Shown piece by piece: positions 30,190 to 39,507 of a stretch of 40,156 nucleotides of DNA. Each line of letters opens with the position of its first letter. Within the stretch, counting starts at the first letter, position 1. The notes under the pieces are model-generated. The model was not told the origin of the DNA and ran no database searches. It was given only the letters and a program-made list of their open reading frames with translations. The DNA lies in sequence record ON528733. One strand, 5' to 3'. This DNA is from Shigella phage ESh23. Position numbers and translations under genes: made by a program.

Positions 30190-31048
30190 GAAGAAGATTG
30201 CTCTGGTGCTTGATGGCGACTATCTGGTCTTCTCCTCTATGGCTGCGGCTGAAGATGAGACTGACTGGGGCGACGACATCTGGACCATTATCTGCGACCA
30301 CGAGAAAGCCCGTCGTATCCTTGAGAACACCATCGCTGAAATCGTCAAGAAGCGCAAGGCGTGGAAAGACGCTAAGATTGTGATGTGCTTCACCGATGAT
30401 GCTAACTGGCGTAAGGACGTTCTGCCTACCTATAAGGCCAACCGTAAAGGTTCTCGCAAGCCTGTTGGTTACAAGAAGTTCGTAGCTGAAGTGATGGCTG
30501 ACCCACGGTTCAACAGCTTCCTGAAGCCAACGCTTGAGGGCGATGACTGTATGGGAATCATTGGTACACGACCTCAGATTGTCGGATGTGACCATGCTGT
30601 GCTGGTGTCCTGTGATAAGGACTTCAAGACTATCCCGAACTGTGAGTTCTTCTGGTTAACCACTGGTGAAATCCTGAGCCACACGACTGCCGAGGCAGAT
30701 TACTGGCACATGGAGCAGACCATCAAGGGTGACATGACGGATGGCTACGGCGGTATTCCGGGGTACGGTGAGGACACTACCCGTGCTTTCCTTGACGAGC
30801 CGTACTACTTCGTACAAGAGACCCGCGAGCTGAAGACTGGCAAGAACAAAGGTCAGCTCAAGGTCGAGTGGAAGAAGTATCCGAAGCGCGAAGACCAGAC
30901 GCTGTGGGACTGCATGGTGACTCTGGCTGCTAAAGCCGGGATGACCGAACAGGAACTACTGGTCCAAGCTCAGGTAGCTCGCATCTGTCGCGCATCTGAC
31001 TACGACCCTAAGTCCAAGGAGGTCATTCTGTGGACACCCTCCATGTAG
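30179..31048 (+). CDS. 5'-3' exonuclease (T7 gp6-like), 289 aa
   Basis: VLDGDYLVF, CDHEKARRILE, YKANRK, KPVGY, CDKDFKTIPNC, TIKGDMTDGYGGIPG, LWDC; GGAGG SD before ATG 30179. Confidence 0.95.
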   Translation: MGSEKKIALVLDGDYLVFSSMAAAEDETDWGDDIWTIICDHEKARRILENTIAEIVKKRKAWKDAKIVMCFTDDANWRKDVLPTYKANRKGSRKPVGYKKFVAEVMADPRFNSFLKPTLEGDDCMGIIGTRPQIVGCDHAVLVSCDKDFKTIPNCEFFWLTTGEILSHTTAEADYWHMEQTIKGDMTDGYGGIPGYGEDTTRAFLDEPYYFVQETRELKTGKNKGQLKVEWKKYPKREDQTLWDCMVTLAAKAGMTEQELLVQAQVARICRASDYDPKSKEVILWTPSM

Positions 31049-31054
31049 TGTATT

Positions 31055-31078
31055 GGGCCGGACTTCTGGCCCTTTACT
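31055..31078 (+). terminator. hairpin GGGCCGG-ACTT-CTGGCCC followed by TTTACTT; possible weak terminator after exonuclease gene
   Basis: Read directly; U-tract imperfect. Confidence 0.3.
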
Positions 31079-31172
31079 TACTGTACACGTTCAGCGGGAC
31101 AAACCGTCCTAAGAATTGAGTTTAACCGATAGTCATAACCTATCGCCCTACAGATACCCATAGGTGAAACAC

Positions 31173-31192
31173 TAAACTATCACTATAGGGAC
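31173..31192 (+). promoter_or_regulatory. phage RNAP promoter (phi6.5 position): TAAACTATCACTATAGGGAC
   Basis: Conserved promoter motif. Confidence 0.7.
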
Positions 31193-31255
31193 TTTAGGAC
31201 CTAAGTTATGACTATAAGATAAACTTAAGTTAATACTTTAAGAGGAGACTTTAAG

Positions 31256-31528
31256 ATGGGCCTGAAAGCCATTGATGATATTGTTAATCAGCAACTCGAC
31301 GAGAGACTTAAGGTCCCTGCATTCTCCGAGTCCGCTATCCAATTCCTTCACGTTCTGTTTAACGAGCGGTACGTATCCCGTTGTGGGACCATCCGTGACC
31401 TGAAGGCTGCTGGGTATAGTGATGCCTATATTGCTGGGTTCATCGCTGGTCTGGGCTATGCCTCGGAGTCTGTGGACTCTGCTCTGGCTAAGCGTCAGAA
31501 CCTGAAGGACAACATCCAGTTCGACTAA
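31256..31528 (+). CDS. hypothetical protein, 90 aa (T7 gene 6.5 position)
   Basis: SD AGAGGAG; synteny. Confidence 0.6.
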   Translation: MGLKAIDDIVNQQLDERLKVPAFSESAIQFLHVLFNERYVSRCGTIRDLKAAGYSDAYIAGFIAGLGYASESVDSALAKRQNLKDNIQFD

Positions 31529-31538
31529 AGGAGGGACT

Positions 31539-31763
31539 ATGTGTTTCAGTCCGAAGATTAGCACTCCGAAGCCTTCTACCGCTGCACCTGAGCCTGCTCC
31601 TCTGAGTGAGGAAGTAGCCAGTGTCGACATCGGGGCAGAGGCTGACGCAGACACCAAGGAGACCAAAGGTATTTCAGACCTGAAAGTCAAGAAGGAGTCT
31701 GCACCTAAAGATAAGTCGTCCGTTAGCCGCGCTATGCGAGCTTCCGGCGTAAACATGGGGTAA
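31539..31763 (+). CDS. small virion protein (T7 gp6.7-like), 74 aa
   Basis: N-terminus MCFSPKISTPK...EPAPL matches recalled T7 gp6.7 (MCFSPKIKTPK...EPAPL); SD AAGGAGGG. Confidence 0.75.
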   Translation: MCFSPKISTPKPSTAAPEPAPLSEEVASVDIGAEADADTKETKGISDLKVKKESAPKDKSSVSRAMRASGVNMG

Positions 31764-31766
31764 GAC

Positions 31767-32171
31767 ATGCTTCCATATCTCAACTCACGCGATGGTCGCC
31801 TCATGGCTGCGTATCGCCTCTGGGAAGACGGACAGTCTAACTTCAAGTCGTTTGAGGACTTCAAGGCTCATACTTACCGTATGGCTGATGAGTTCGATGG
31901 CGAAGAGTATACAATCTACGATGTCTCAGGTTCACCAGTAGCGTACGTGTACATGCTGGCTACCGCATCTTGGCACCGACCGACTCCCGGTCTTGACCTT
32001 TCCATCCTCGCTATTCGTAGTGACTCGCAGTCCTCCCGCAAGGTTCTTGAGACTGTCAGACACATCATAGACGAAGAATGTAAGCGATGGGGTCTGGGCT
32101 GGTATTCCCGTATCAAGCATGTTTCTGGGTCGGTAGACATCGTTACAACCAAGGAGATTAACCGTGGGTAA
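31767..32171 (+). CDS. T7 gp7-like virion/host-range protein, 134 aa
   Basis: Synteny and size (T7 gp7 133 aa). Confidence 0.6.
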   Translation: MLPYLNSRDGRLMAAYRLWEDGQSNFKSFEDFKAHTYRMADEFDGEEYTIYDVSGSPVAYVYMLATASWHRPTPGLDLSILAIRSDSQSSRKVLETVRHIIDEECKRWGLGWYSRIKHVSGSVDIVTTKEINRG

Positions 32172-32415
32172 ATCCATTAGTAAAGCCTTTAAGAAAGTTG
32201 TCGGTGGCGCTCTGAATACCGTTGGTCTGGGACCCTCTGCTCCTCAGCCTAAAGCTCAGGACGCTCAGGTAGCTGCTGCTCCGGTAGAAGTTCCTCAGGA
32301 CCAAGTGACTGACGTTGAGACTGATGTGACCGAGACCGATAAGAAGAAGGTCAAGTCAACTGGTAAGCGCGGACTTCAGGTCTCTCGCACATCAGGTGGC
32401 GGTATCTCAATTTAA
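32164..32415 (+). CDS. tail/adsorption protein (T7 gp7.3-like), 83 aa, GTG start
   Basis: VEVPQ and C-terminal SxxRxSGGGIxI match recalled T7 gp7.3. Confidence 0.75.
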   Translation: MGKSISKAFKKVVGGALNTVGLGPSAPQPKAQDAQVAAAPVEVPQDQVTDVETDVTETDKKKVKSTGKRGLQVSRTSGGGISI

Positions 32416-32429
32416 GCAGGAGGTGACAA

Positions 32430-33998
32430 ATGGCTGAACGTGAAGGCTTCGCTGCTGAAGGAGCCAAAGCGGTCTATGACCGACTGAAGAACGGACGACA
32501 GCCGTATGAGACCCGTGCTCAGAACTGCGCTGCTGTCACCATACCGTCGCTGTTTCCGAAAGAGTCTGACAACTCCTCAACCGAGTATACGACTCCGTGG
32601 CAGGCGGTGGGCGCTCGCTGTCTGAACAACCTCGCTGCTAAGCTGATGCTGGCCCTGTTCCCGCAAGCCCCGTGGATGAGACTTACCGTCTCTGAATATG
32701 AGGCAAAGGCCTTGAGTCAAGACTCCGAGGCTGCTGCCCGTGTTGACGAGGGGCTGGCTATGGTCGAGCGTGTCCTGATGGCCTACATGGAGACTAACAG
32801 TTTCCGTGTACCGCTGTTCGAGGCACTTAAGCAACTTATCGTCGCAGGCAACTGTCTACTGTACGTTCCTGAACCTGAGCAAGGGACCTATAGTCCTATG
32901 CGCATGTATCGTCTGGTCTCCTATGTGGTCCAGCGTGATGCGTTCGGTAACGTGCTCCAGATTGTCACCCTCGACAAGGTGGCGTATAGCGCACTGCCGG
33001 AAGACGTTAAGTCTCAGCTAAACGCTGATGACTACGAGCCGGACACCGAGCTGGAAGTCTACACGCACATCTATCGTCAGGACGATGAGTACCTGCGATA
33101 TGAGGAAGTGGAGGGCATAGAGGTGAAAGGGACCGATGGTTCCTACCCGCTGAATGCCTGTCCTTACATCCCAGTACGAATGGTTCGACTGGATGGTGAA
33201 GACTATGGTCGTTCTTACTGCGAGGAATATCTGGGAGACCTGAACTCGCTGGAGACGATTACAGAAGCTATCACCAAAATGGCTAAGGTAGCCTCCAAAG
33301 TGGTGGGCCTCGTTAACCCGAACGGTATCACGCAACCTCGACGTCTGAACAAGGCGTCTACAGGTGAGTTCGTGGCGGGTCGAGTAGAGGACATCAACTT
33401 CCTGCAACTGACGAAGGGTCAGGACTTTACGATTGCTAAGTCGGTGGCTGACGCTATCGAGCAACGTTTAGGCTGGGCCTTCCTTCTTAATAGTGCTGTT
33501 CAGCGTAATGCTGAGCGAGTAACTGCTGAAGAGATTCGTTATGTTGCTGGCGAACTGGAGGCGACCTTAGGTGGCGTGTACTCTGTGCAGTCTCAGGAGA
33601 TGCAGTTACCTCTGGTCCGTGTGCTGTTGAACCAGCTTCAGTCCGCTGGCATGATTCCTGACCTTCCGAAAGAAGCGGTAGAGCCTACGGTCTCCACTGG
33701 TCTGGAAGCGTTGGGGCGCGGTCAGGACTTGGAGAAGCTGACTCAGGCTGTGAACATGATGACTGGACTTCAGCCTCTGGCTCAGGACCCGGACATTAAC
33801 TTGCCTACCCTTAAGCTGCGACTTCTCAACGCTCTGGGTATCGACACATCCGGTCTACTCCTGACGCAGGACGAGAAGATTCAGCGCATGGCTGAGCAGT
33901 CGTCTCAAAATGCAGTAGTCCAAGGTGCGGGTGCTGCTGGTGCTAACATGGGCGCTGCTGTTGGTCAAGGGGCTGGTGAGGATATGGCTCAGGCTTAA
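32430..33998 (+). CDS. head-to-tail connector / portal protein (T7 gp8-like), 522 aa
   Basis: Long collinear matches to recalled T7 gp8 (PYETRAQNCA, IPSLFPK, TPWQAVGAR, YRLxSYVVQRDAFGNVLQ, RMVRLDGExYGRSY, AEEIRYVAxELE, VEPTxSTGLEAxGRGQDL). Confidence 0.97.
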   Translation: MAEREGFAAEGAKAVYDRLKNGRQPYETRAQNCAAVTIPSLFPKESDNSSTEYTTPWQAVGARCLNNLAAKLMLALFPQAPWMRLTVSEYEAKALSQDSEAAARVDEGLAMVERVLMAYMETNSFRVPLFEALKQLIVAGNCLLYVPEPEQGTYSPMRMYRLVSYVVQRDAFGNVLQIVTLDKVAYSALPEDVKSQLNADDYEPDTELEVYTHIYRQDDEYLRYEEVEGIEVKGTDGSYPLNACPYIPVRMVRLDGEDYGRSYCEEYLGDLNSLETITEAITKMAKVASKVVGLVNPNGITQPRRLNKASTGEFVAGRVEDINFLQLTKGQDFTIAKSVADAIEQRLGWAFLLNSAVQRNAERVTAEEIRYVAGELEATLGGVYSVQSQEMQLPLVRVLLNQLQSAGMIPDLPKEAVEPTVSTGLEALGRGQDLEKLTQAVNMMTGLQPLAQDPDINLPTLKLRLLNALGIDTSGLLLTQDEKIQRMAEQSSQNAVVQGAGAAGANMGAAVGQGAGEDMAQA

Positions 33999-34015
33999 CT
34001 ATCACTATAGGAACA
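33995..34015 (+). promoter_or_regulatory. phage RNAP promoter (phi9 position): TTAACTATCACTATAGGAACA
   Basis: Conserved promoter motif. Confidence 0.7.
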
Positions 34016-34102
34016 ACGGGACACACATTCACCGCGAGTGTGCCACTGGGAGCTACCATACTCTGTCCCGTAACCTATTAACTACCAAAGGAGAACGACT
34101 CA

Positions 34103-34984
34103 ATGTCCCAATCAGTTTATGCCGAGTTCGGAGTTAGTCCTAATGCAATCACTGGTTCCGTTGAGGACCTGAACGAACACCAGCGGTCTATGCTCGAACA
34201 GGACGTAGCAGTTCGCGATGGCGATGATGCTATTACCTTCAAGCAACTGGAAGCCGAGAACGAAGAGGCTACCGAAGAAGACGATAACGTCGAAGAGACT
34301 GAAGGTGATGATACCGAAGGTAACGACGATGAGTATGATACCGAAGGTGAGGACCAAGAGTTTGTCGAACTGGGTGAAACTCCTAAAGAGCTGACCGAAA
34401 GTGTCACCGCCCTGAACGAGAACGAAGCTGCATTCGACGACATGGTGTCTGCTGCTGTAGAGGCTGGCAAGGTCACTGCTGACGACATCACCGCTATTAA
34501 GGCCGAATACGCCTCTAAAGGTGAGCTATCCGAGGCATCCTATGCTAAGCTGGCTGAAGCTGGTTACACAAAGCGTTTCGTCGATTCATTCGTCCGTGGT
34601 CAGGAAGCTCTGGCTGAGCAGTATGCTGCTGGTGTGGTTCGCTACGCTGGTGGGGCTGAGCAGTTTAACCGAATCCTGTCACATCTTGAGGCTAACGATA
34701 AGTCCACCAAGGAAGCCCTTGAGTCTGCAATCATCCGTAAGGACCTTGCGACCGCTAAGGCTATCCTGAATCTGGCTGGTCGTAACCTCGGTAAGACCCG
34801 TGGCGTTGCACCTCAGCGAACCCTGACTACTCAAGGTAAGCCAGCGGTATCCGCACCGAAGGTCAAGACCGAAGGTTTCAGCTCCAAGGCCGATATGGTC
34901 AAGGCGATGAGTGACCCACGCTACCTGCGTGACGCGAAGTACACAATGGAGGTACGCGCTAAGGTTGCAGCGTCTAGTCTGTAA
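34103..34984 (+). CDS. capsid assembly (scaffolding) protein (T7 gp9-like), 293 aa
   Basis: Acidic; VRDGDDAI, SYAKLAExGYTK, FVRGQEALAEQY, KAMSDPRY match recalled T7 gp9. Confidence 0.95.
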   Translation: MSQSVYAEFGVSPNAITGSVEDLNEHQRSMLEQDVAVRDGDDAITFKQLEAENEEATEEDDNVEETEGDDTEGNDDEYDTEGEDQEFVELGETPKELTESVTALNENEAAFDDMVSAAVEAGKVTADDITAIKAEYASKGELSEASYAKLAEAGYTKRFVDSFVRGQEALAEQYAAGVVRYAGGAEQFNRILSHLEANDKSTKEALESAIIRKDLATAKAILNLAGRNLGKTRGVAPQRTLTTQGKPAVSAPKVKTEGFSSKADMVKAMSDPRYLRDAKYTMEVRAKVAASSL

Positions 34985-34990
34985 GAGGAC

Positions 34991-35013
34991 TAAACTATCA
35001 CTATAGGGAGACC
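34991..35013 (+). promoter_or_regulatory. phage RNAP promoter (phi10 position): TAAACTATCACTATAGGGAGACC, followed by a 5' leader hairpin (GAGACC...GGTCTC, 35008..35034)
   Basis: Best match to the T7 class III initiation region CACTATAGGGAGACCAC. Confidence 0.85.
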
Positions 35014-35114
35014 ACGAGTATGACTCAAGGTCTCCTGTAACTTCAGTCCATACGGATTGGGCATAGCGAAGTAACTAAACTTTATTTCTTTCATTCGAAT
35101 AGGAGAATTATCAT

Positions 35115-36164
35115 ATGGCAAACGTTCCGGGTCAGAAAATTGGTGCAGACCAAGGTAAGGGCAAATCTAGTGCAGACCAGCTCGCACTGTTCCTTAAGGT
35201 CTTCGCTGGTGAAGTCCTGACAGCTTTCACTCGCCGCTCTGTTACCGCTGATAAGCATATTGTCCGCACCATTCAGAATGGTAAGTCCGCACAGTTCCCG
35301 GTAATGGGTCGCACCTCCGGTGTGTATCTTGCTCCCGGTGAGCGCCTGAGCGATAAGCGCAAGGGTATTAAACACACTGAGAAGGTTATCACCATTGATG
35401 GTCTGCTGACAGCTGACGTGATGATTTTCGACATCGAAGACGCCATGAACCACTATGACGTGGCTGGCGAGTATTCCAACCAGCTCGGTGAGGCTCTGGC
35501 TATCGCTGCTGATGGCGCGGTACTGGCTGAGATGGCGATTCTGTGTAACCTCCCGGCTGCATCCGACGAGAACATCGCTGGTCTGGGCAAGGCGTCCGTT
35601 CTGGAAGTTGGTACTAAAGCAGACCTGAACACTCCAGCCAAGCTGGGTGAAGCAATCATCGGTCAACTGACCATCGCACGTGCTAAGCTGACTGCCAACT
35701 ACGTGCCTGCTGGCGACCGCTACTTCTATACTACGCCTGACAACTACTCCGCGATTCTGGCGGCTCTGATGCCTAACGCTGCTAACTACGCTGCGCTGAT
35801 TGACCCTGAGACGGGTAACATCCGTAACGTAATGGGCTTCGTTGTGGTTGAAGTGCCTCACCTGACTCAGGGTGGTGCTGGCGAAACCCGTGGCGACGAT
35901 GGTATCTCCATTGCTTCCGGTCAGAAACACGCATTCCCGGCTACCTCCAGCTCTACCGTTAAGGTTGCTCTGGACAACGTTGTGGGTCTGTTCTCTCACC
36001 GTTCTGCTGTCGGTACTGTTAAGCTGCGCGACTTGGCGCTGGAACGTGACCGCGACGTCGATGCTCAGGGCGACCTGATTGTCGGTAAGTACGCTATGGG
36101 TCACGGCGGTCTGCGTCCAGAAGCGGCAGGCGCACTGGTTTTCAAGGCAGCGTCAGCGGGTTAA
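35115..36164 (+). CDS. major capsid protein 10A (T7 gp10A-like), 349 aa
   Basis: LALFLKVFxGEVLTAF, KSAQFPVxGRT, KVITIDGLLTADV, DIEDAMNHYDV, ALMPNAANYAALIDPE, HRSAVGTVKLRDLALER, KYAMGHGGLRPEAAGA. Confidence 0.97.
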   Translation: MANVPGQKIGADQGKGKSSADQLALFLKVFAGEVLTAFTRRSVTADKHIVRTIQNGKSAQFPVMGRTSGVYLAPGERLSDKRKGIKHTEKVITIDGLLTADVMIFDIEDAMNHYDVAGEYSNQLGEALAIAADGAVLAEMAILCNLPAASDENIAGLGKASVLEVGTKADLNTPAKLGEAIIGQLTIARAKLTANYVPAGDRYFYTTPDNYSAILAALMPNAANYAALIDPETGNIRNVMGFVVVEVPHLTQGGAGETRGDDGISIASGQKHAFPATSSSTVKVALDNVVGLFSHRSAVGTVKLRDLALERDRDVDAQGDLIVGKYAMGHGGLRPEAAGALVFKAASAG

Positions 36165-36427
36165 TGACCTTTAAGGCCCTCTCTACAGAGGGTCCTACCT
36201 TAGAGACATACAGTTCTACGGTGGGAACCAGCTTGAAGGTTGACTTCCCTGAGCTTTCAGACGTGACCGATTGGTCGCTGCTTGAGGTGACTACGCCTGA
36301 TGGTGTTAGCTACTCCCGTAGAACCAACAGTCTCTACTTCAAGGCCACCTCTGGCGTGGAAGGTCTGGTGATTGTTGGGTATGACGGTACGCCTGTGCGT
36401 TCCTTCAACGTATCTTTCACAAACTAA
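35115..36427 (+). CDS. minor capsid protein 10B produced by programmed -1 ribosomal frameshift at GGTTTTC (36137..36143), adding a ~94-aa C-terminal extension
   Basis: T7-type slippery heptamer GGTTTTC 7 codons before the 10A stop; the -1 frame is open from there through track ORF 36164..36427 and ends directly before the Tphi-like terminator. Confidence 0.6.
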
Positions 36428-36433
36428 TTGAAA

Positions 36434-36469
36434 CCCCTTGGGTGCCTTCGGGTGCTTGAGGGGTTTTTT
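36434..36469 (+). terminator. Tphi-like intrinsic terminator (long GC-rich hairpin with UUCG loop + TTTTTT)
   Basis: CCCCTTGGGTGCCTTCGGGTGCTTGAGGGGTTTTTT closely parallels T7 Tphi (AACCCCTTGGGGCCTCTAAACGGGTCTTGAGGGGTTTTTTG). Confidence 0.85.
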
Positions 36470-36484
36470 GCTTAAGGAGGGCCT

Positions 36485-37051
36485 ATGGCTCAATACATTC
36501 CGCTTAACGCTAATGACGACTTGGATGCTGTTAACGATATGCTGGCTGCTATCGGTGAACCAGCAGTCCTACAGCTTGACGAAGGTAACGCAGACGTATC
36601 AAACGCACAGCGCATCCTGCATCGAGTCAATCGTCAGGTCCAAGCTAAAGGCTGGAACTTTAACATCAACGAGTCTGCCATACTCACACCGGATGTCCAA
36701 GACCAAAGGATTCGATTCCTCCCGTCTTACCTCCGGGTCATGACTGCTGGAGCTACCAGCTACTACAGTAACATGGGTGGCTATCTCTACGACCTCAGCA
36801 CTCAGTCGACAACCTTCACTGGGCCGATTACAGTCGAGCTGGTTGAGATGAAGCCGTTCTCAGAGATGCCTGTGGTCTTCCGTGACTACATCGTGACCAA
36901 GGCCAGCCGAGAGTTCAACGCTAAGTTCTTCGGAAGCCCAGAGTCTGAGGCCTATCTGCGGGAGCAGGAAGCAGAGCTGTACCAGCAGGTGATGGAGTAC
37001 GAGATGGACACCGGGCGCTACAACATGATGTCTGACATCGGTCGAGACTAA
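36485..37051 (+). CDS. tail tubular protein A (T7 gp11-like), 188 aa
   Basis: AVNDxLAxIGEP, NAxRILxxxNRQxQxxGWxFNI, FRxYIVTKASRxFN, MEYEMD match recalled T7 gp11. Confidence 0.95.
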   Translation: MAQYIPLNANDDLDAVNDMLAAIGEPAVLQLDEGNADVSNAQRILHRVNRQVQAKGWNFNINESAILTPDVQDQRIRFLPSYLRVMTAGATSYYSNMGGYLYDLSTQSTTFTGPITVELVEMKPFSEMPVVFRDYIVTKASREFNAKFFGSPESEAYLREQEAELYQQVMEYEMDTGRYNMMSDIGRD

Positions 37052-37062
37052 TAGGAGGTGAT

Positions 37063-39432
37063 ATGCCACTTTACACGCAATCAATCAAGAACCTGAAGGG
37101 TGGCATTAGCCAACAGCCGGACATCCTGAGGTTCTCTGACCAAGGTGAACAGCAGATTAACGGCTGGTCATCCGAGAGTGATGGGCTTCAGAAGCGACCA
37201 CCGACCGTCTGGAAGAAAAGACTTTCAGCCGTGAACTGGGTCATCCCGAACAACGCTAAGTTCCACCTGATTAACAGGGACGAGAACGAGCAGTATTACA
37301 TCGTCTTCACAGGAAAGGAAATCATGGTCTTTGACCTTGAGGGGAACCAGTACGCTGTTTCAGGTGTAACGGACTACGTTAACACTTCCAAGCCGCGTGA
37401 CGACATCCGGGTCATTACAGTAGCTGACTACACGTTCGTGGTGAATCGCCGCACTGTGGTAGCTCAGGGTTCCACTAAAGCTAACCCTACGTACAACATG
37501 AAGAACCGCGCACTGATTAACCTTCGTGGTGGTCAGTACGGTAGATTGCTGAAAGTAGGGATTAATGGTGGGACAAAGGTTGGGCACCAGCTTCCTCCGG
37601 GAGATAACGCCAAAGATGACCCACCTAAAGTCGACGCTCAGGCTATCGGCAAGGCGTTAGTGGACCTGCTTGTCGTGGCCTATCCGAACTACACGTTCAC
37701 CCTTGGGTCTGGCTACATCGAGATTAAAGCCCCAGCAGGGACCAACATCAACTCGGTGGAGACTGAGGATGGTTATGCCAACCAGCTAATCAATGCTGTA
37801 CTTGATACTGTGCAGACTATCAGTAAGCTACCTCTGGCGGCACCTGAAGGCTACATCATCCGTATTCAAGGTGAGACCAACAGCTCAGCCGATGAGTATT
37901 TCGTGAAGTATGACTCAGCGAAGAAGACTTGGCGCGAGACTGTGGAGCCGGGTACTGTAACGGGATTCGACGCCTCAACCATGCCACACGCTTTGGTCAG
38001 ACAGGCAGATGGGAACTTTACGTTCCAGACCCTAGACTGGACTGAGCGTGGAGCTGGTAACGACGAGACCAACCCGATGCCGAGCTTCGTGAATTCAACG
38101 ATTAACGATGTGTTCTTCTATCGTAACCGATTAGGGTTCCTCTCCGGTGAGAACGTCATTATGTCCCGGTCCGCTGGATACTTTGCGTTCTTCCCTAAGA
38201 GCGTGGCGACCCTCAGTGATGATGACCCGATTGATGTGGCTGTGAGTCACCCTCGAATCTCCATCCTGAAGTATGCTGTACCGTTCGCAGAACAGCTACT
38301 GCTGTGGTCTGATGAGGTGCAGTTCGTGATGACCAGCTCCGGGGTACTGACCGCCAAGTCCATCCAACTAGATGTTGGCTCTGAGTTCGCTGTTAGTGAT
38401 AATGCGCGACCGTTCGCCATTGGACGTTCAGTCTTCTTCGCTGCCCCTCGCGGCTCGTTCACCAGTATTAACCGTTACTTTGCGGTGGCTGACGTTACGG
38501 ACGTGAAGGACGCAGACGATACGACCGGGCATGTGCTGTCCTACATTCCTAATGGAGTATTCGACATCCAAGGGTCCTCTACTGAGAACTTCATCACCGT
38601 GTCTACTGAGGGCGCTCCGAACAAGCTGTTCATCTACAAGTTCCTCTTCAAGGATGGCGTACAGCTTCAAGCCTCGTGGTCACACTGGGAGCTGGAGCAG
38701 GGCGAGCAGATTATGGCCTCAGCCTGTATCGGGTCCGCTATGTACATCGTGCGTAAGCATGGCTATGGCGTGGACTTGGAGAAGCTGGAGTTCATCAAGG
38801 AGACTGTGGACATCGCTGGCGAACCATGCCGCCTGCATCTTGACGGCAAAACCACTATGGTCATCCCGACTAACGCATTCAACCCTAACACATACACCTC
38901 GTCCTTCGACGTTGGCGCTGCCTATGGTGGAGTTTTCCCACCAGCAGGGAAGTACGTCATGGTAGACTCCAGTGGGCGATTCGTCCAACTGCCAGATACC
39001 GTATGGTCCAGCACTCGGTGGGTGACTGTGAAGGGGGACTGGTCAGGCAAGACAGTGTTCCTTGGTCGCGTCTATAAGTTCACCTACGCCTTCTCTCGGT
39101 TCCTCATTAAGTATGAAGACCAGAACGGGACGGTGACGGAAGACTCCGGTCGACTTCAGCTTCGCCGCGCTTGGGTGAACTATCAGCGAACTGGTGCTCT
39201 GGTGATGCGGGTCGTCAACCAGCACCGTGAGTTCCTGAACACGCTGAACGGCTACAAGCTGGGCCTACAGGACATCGGTCGGGTAAACATTGGTGACGGT
39301 CAGTTCAGGTTCCCAATGAACGGAGATGCTCTACACACTCGGTTAATCCTTGAGTCAGATTATCCGACCCCAGTGTCTATCGTTGGTTGCGGCTGGGAGG
39401 CTTCATATGCCCGTAAAGCCAAAGCTATCTAA
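37063..39432 (+). CDS. tail tubular protein B (T7 gp12-like), 789 aa
   Basis: QSIKNLKGGISQQPDILR, NGWSSE, GLQKRPP, HLINRDExEQYY, VTVADYTFVVNR, MPHALVR, SINDVFFxRNRLGFLSGEN, RLQLRRAWVNY, IxGCGWE. Confidence 0.96.
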   Translation: MPLYTQSIKNLKGGISQQPDILRFSDQGEQQINGWSSESDGLQKRPPTVWKKRLSAVNWVIPNNAKFHLINRDENEQYYIVFTGKEIMVFDLEGNQYAVSGVTDYVNTSKPRDDIRVITVADYTFVVNRRTVVAQGSTKANPTYNMKNRALINLRGGQYGRLLKVGINGGTKVGHQLPPGDNAKDDPPKVDAQAIGKALVDLLVVAYPNYTFTLGSGYIEIKAPAGTNINSVETEDGYANQLINAVLDTVQTISKLPLAAPEGYIIRIQGETNSSADEYFVKYDSAKKTWRETVEPGTVTGFDASTMPHALVRQADGNFTFQTLDWTERGAGNDETNPMPSFVNSTINDVFFYRNRLGFLSGENVIMSRSAGYFAFFPKSVATLSDDDPIDVAVSHPRISILKYAVPFAEQLLLWSDEVQFVMTSSGVLTAKSIQLDVGSEFAVSDNARPFAIGRSVFFAAPRGSFTSINRYFAVADVTDVKDADDTTGHVLSYIPNGVFDIQGSSTENFITVSTEGAPNKLFIYKFLFKDGVQLQASWSHWELEQGEQIMASACIGSAMYIVRKHGYGVDLEKLEFIKETVDIAGEPCRLHLDGKTTMVIPTNAFNPNTYTSSFDVGAAYGGVFPPAGKYVMVDSSGRFVQLPDTVWSSTRWVTVKGDWSGKTVFLGRVYKFTYAFSRFLIKYEDQNGTVTEDSGRLQLRRAWVNYQRTGALVMRVVNQHREFLNTLNGYKLGLQDIGRVNIGDGQFRFPMNGDALHTRLILESDYPTPVSIVGCGWEASYARKAKAI

Positions 39433-39458
39433 CTAATTGAATGGCCTATAGTTTCAAC

Positions 39459-39479
39459 TTAACTATCACTATAGGGACT
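39459..39479 (+). promoter_or_regulatory. phage RNAP promoter (phi13 position): TTAACTATCACTATAGGGACT, bracketed by a 9-bp inverted repeat (39443..39451 / 39478..39486)
   Basis: Conserved promoter motif; GGCCTATAG and CTATAGGCC read directly. Confidence 0.7.
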
Positions 39480-39507
39480 ATAGGCCCTTTAAGTTATAGG
39501 AGACTTT

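Noticed and set aside
35091-36104. 337-aa ORF on the minus strand
   Set aside because: Lies entirely antisense to the conserved major capsid gene; T7-like genomes are transcribed from one strand only and the plus-strand gene has clear homology, RBS and promoter.
36164-36427. Independent 87-aa gene starting at ATG 36164
   Set aside because: The ORF is in the -1 frame directly after a T7-type GGTTTTC slippery site at the capsid gene end and lacks an SD; more parsimonious as the 10B frameshift extension, though independent initiation cannot be excluded.
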